A stretch of 18,623 nt of DNA from a bacterium (GTDB taxonomy: Bacteria; SZUA-182; DTGQ01; JAFGSM01): assembly GCA_049472315.1 (NCBI GenBank), contig JBLIRN010000053.1:1-18623 (forward strand), read 5' to 3'. The notes under the pieces are model-generated. The model saw only the letters and a list, made by a program, of their open reading frames with translations. It did no database searches and was not told the DNA's origin. Below, one piece after another: positions 16,053-18,623 of the stretch (position 1 is its first letter; every line of letters begins with the position of its first letter). A program made the translations under genes and the position numbers.

Positions 16053-17912
16053 TTACACAACCCTAATTGCCTCGAATTTGCAATTTTCGCGACAAATACC
16101 GCATTTGATGCACTTTTCCTGGTCTATGGTATGCGGTTTCTTCTTCTCGCCGCTGATGGCCCCCTGGGGGCAGAACTTTACGCAGCGGCCGCACCCGATA
16201 CATTTCTGCTCATTGATGGAAAAGGTGATAAGCGCCTTGCATACCCCGGCAGGACAGCGTTTATCCTTGATGTGGGCATCGTACTCGTCGCGGAAATAGC
16301 GAATCGTTGAAAGGACTGGATTGGGAGCGGACCCGCCGAGGGCACAGAGGGAGTTCTCCTTGATAAACTCGCTCAACTCCTGGAGCAGATCGATATCCCC
16401 CTCATCTCCCCTTCCCTCGGTGATGTTGGTGAGTATCTCCAGCATCCGGTTCAACCCCTCACGGCACGGTACGCATTTGCCGCAGGACTCCTCGGTGAGA
16501 AAGGCGATGAAGTACTTCGCCACGTCCACCATGCAGGTGACCTCGTCCATGACGATCATGCCGCCCGACCCCATCATCGATCCCGCCTCGGTCAGCTTGT
16601 CAAAGTCAACAGGAATATCGATGATGGATTCCGGGATACACCCGCCGGAAGGTCCTCCTGTCTGCACCGCCTTGAACTTCTTTCCTCCAGGGATGCCTCC
16701 GCCGATATCAAAAATAATCTCCCTGAGGCTGATCCCCATGGGTACCTCAACCAGTCCGGTGTTGTTAATCTTTCCCACCAGGGAGAAGATCTTCGTTCCC
16801 TTGCTCCCGTCGGTCCCGATCTGTGAATACCAGTCAGCGCCGCGGTCAATGATCAGGGGGACATTTGCCAACGTCTCAACATTGTTGATGACCGTAGGTT
16901 TGTTATACAGCCCGCTCTCAACGGTGTGGATATATTTGGGCCGCGGCTCACCCGCTTTCCCCTCCAGAGAGGCGATAAGTGCGGTGGATTCCCCGCATAC
17001 AAAGGCCCCTCCACCCTTTGAAATCACAATGTCAAAGTCAAAATCAAAACCGAGGATATGCTCCCCGAGAAGCCCCAATTCCCGCGCCTGTTTCAGGGCG
17101 ATGGTCAGGTTTTCAACGGCAAGGGGGTATTCGTTTCGCACGTATACATACCCGTGGCGCGAGCCGATGGCATAGGCGCCGATGATCATCCCTTCCACCA
17201 CGCTGTGGGGGTTCCCTTCAAGCAGGCTTCGATCCATGTACGCACCCGGATCGCCCTCGTCGGCATTACAGATGATATAACGGATACCGTCGGGCGCATC
17301 GGCCTTATGGGCCGATTCCCATTTCCTGCCGGTGTGGAACCCGCCCCCCCCACGTCCCCGCAATCCCGATTTCTTTATCTCCTCAATCACCTGGACAGGG
17401 GTCATGGAGGAGAGGGCCTTGGCAAGGGCGGCATAGCCGCCGATCATGACATAATCCTCTATGCTGGTCGGATCCAGAATACCGTTATTGCCGAAAATGA
17501 TCCGTTCTTGCCCCTTATAGAACGGCACCTCCTCCTCGTATTTCGCACGGTTGCCGGTCACCGGGTCCACATAGAGAAGCTTTTCGATGATGTTCCCCTT
17601 GAGAATGGTCTCTTCTATGATCGATGGGATATCCTCAGGACTCACCCTCTGGTAGAGGATCTTTTTCGGGTGAATGACAATCAGCGGACCGCGTTCGCAA
17701 AAGCCGTGGCATCCGGTTAATTTCAAATCAACCTTATCGCTTATTCCATGTTTCTCGATCTCTCTGCGAAAGGTATCGACCACGTCCATGCATTTATAAG
17801 CCCTGCAGCCGGTTCCGGTGCAGATCGATATGATGGTCTTTTCAGGATCCCGCTGCTTATTAATTTCCTCTCGTAACTGTTTCAGGTCAGCTACCGAGAA
17901 CAATCTCTTCAT
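16053..17912 (-). CDS. NuoF/HydB-type NAD(P)H-binding FMN Fe-S flavoprotein (long, HydB-like architecture)
   Basis: N-terminal CTGTGC...GCHGFC [2Fe-2S]; GLRGRGGGGF, CNADEGDPGAYMDR, AFVCGE, GGPSGGC, ESCGKCVPCREG...LC; H...CPAGVC; C-terminal CIGCGRCVKFCP and CIKCGICRENC. Confidence 0.95.
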   Translation of the reverse strand: MKRLFSVADLKQLREEINKQRDPEKTIISICTGTGCRAYKCMDVVDTFRREIEKHGISDKVDLKLTGCHGFCERGPLIVIHPKKILYQRVSPEDIPSIIEETILKGNIIEKLLYVDPVTGNRAKYEEEVPFYKGQERIIFGNNGILDPTSIEDYVMIGGYAALAKALSSMTPVQVIEEIKKSGLRGRGGGGFHTGRKWESAHKADAPDGIRYIICNADEGDPGAYMDRSLLEGNPHSVVEGMIIGAYAIGSRHGYVYVRNEYPLAVENLTIALKQARELGLLGEHILGFDFDFDIVISKGGGAFVCGESTALIASLEGKAGEPRPKYIHTVESGLYNKPTVINNVETLANVPLIIDRGADWYSQIGTDGSKGTKIFSLVGKINNTGLVEVPMGISLREIIFDIGGGIPGGKKFKAVQTGGPSGGCIPESIIDIPVDFDKLTEAGSMMGSGGMIVMDEVTCMVDVAKYFIAFLTEESCGKCVPCREGLNRMLEILTNITEGRGDEGDIDLLQELSEFIKENSLCALGGSAPNPVLSTIRYFRDEYDAHIKDKRCPAGVCKALITFSINEQKCIGCGRCVKFCPQGAISGEKKKPHTIDQEKCIKCGICRENCKFEAIRVV

Positions 17913-18104
17913 GTCTCCACATTCTCCTTCCTTCGTTCCCTATACCGTATTAATGCATGGCCTGAAGGTAAAAAGCCGTTTTATCACAACATGCGCGTGG
18001 GCACGCTTTGTGCGAATCCTGTGATATTATTTCATGTAAAATCAGTATGTTGGTAGAGACTTAAGGGGTTAGTTTCCCGGATTTTTTTTTGCAAAGGCTG
18101 CCTC

Positions 18105-18133
18105 AAAATATCACAAGCTTTTTCTAAAATCAA
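18105..18133 (-). promoter_or_regulatory. Possible sigma70 promoter of the redox operon
   Basis: Minus strand TTGATT, 17-nt spacer, TATTTT with extended -10 TGn, in an AT-rich region where chance matches are likely. Confidence 0.3.
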
Positions 18134-18623
18134 GTCTGATGAATATCTTTTGGGCAGGATTCAGAATAGGTTTCTGTGTATAAAATTGATTATTATTATT
18201 GTAATATCATATAATTGATCGTAATGTGTAATAATTGAATTGAGAATTATTTATTAAAAAGAAACAATGTTTTGAATTAAGAATTCCTATCGGGGGCATC
18301 TTGTTATTGGCGGGACCGGCATCCTCCTTCAGGGTGGCACAGATGAAGGTCATTACGATAACCGGCCCTAAATATTATTGAGGTGGCTTGAGCTCCCACA
18401 TGGCCTTCATAATGAAAACTATAAAAAGTATCCGTTTCCTACAGATAGAAGAAGTTATCATTGCATCATGCCGACTATTTTAAACCCTTTGATACGTATT
18501 CATATATCAGATCGAATATGGCATTACCAATAAGAGCGCTCGATAGAATATCAATAAGCATGCCGGGCTTTCCGTGGTCTTTTTAGAGAAGATGCCCGCC
18601 TTGCTTTTCTGGCTTTCATCCCA

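Noticed and set aside
14746..17720. Long plus-strand ORFs (14746..15750, 16321..17175, 17058..17720)
   Set aside because: Antisense shadows of well-supported minus-strand genes; no recognisable motifs.
13863..17912. Annotation as respiratory complex I nuoEFG or as [FeFe] hydrogenase
   Set aside because: No other nuo genes, NuoG part has only the N-terminal Fe-S region, and H-cluster motifs are absent.
17960..18623. Rex/FNR/CRP boxes, riboswitch or CDS upstream of the redox operon
   Set aside because: Only half-sites (ATCACAA, TGTGA, TTGAT) with wrong spacing and short hairpins in AT-rich DNA; no ORF with supportable features.

Overview
Bacterial chromosomal window (GC-rich coding DNA, AT-rich intergenic gaps, clear sigma70-type promoters), probably from an anaerobe; lineage cannot be fixed from sequence alone. 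Left part (minus strand): a partial secreted SoxB/5'-nucleotidase-fold metallophosphoesterase with a Pro/Trp/Tyr-rich N-terminal extension (missed by the ORF track), a large secreted protein with cadherin/Ig-like C-terminal repeats preceded by a small array of ~34-bp repeats, a divergent tatC with a 39-aa membrane ORF upstream, ppx/gppA and rodZ-like. Middle (plus strand): PilZ-mutL-miaA. Right part (minus strand, 11189-17912) is the main find. It is a six-gene redox cluster: HydB/NuoF-type flavoprotein, ferredoxin-NuoE fusion, receiver-NuoG(N-terminal Fe-S) fusion, di-haem b-like membrane protein, nine-haem c cytochrome and a REC-PAS protein. It has no hydrogenase or formate dehydrogenase catalytic subunit. 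Its DmsB-type 4x[4Fe-4S] ferredoxin appears split across two genes, so two clusters could only be completed between two polypeptides. All calls are from reading motifs by eye; no database searches were run.
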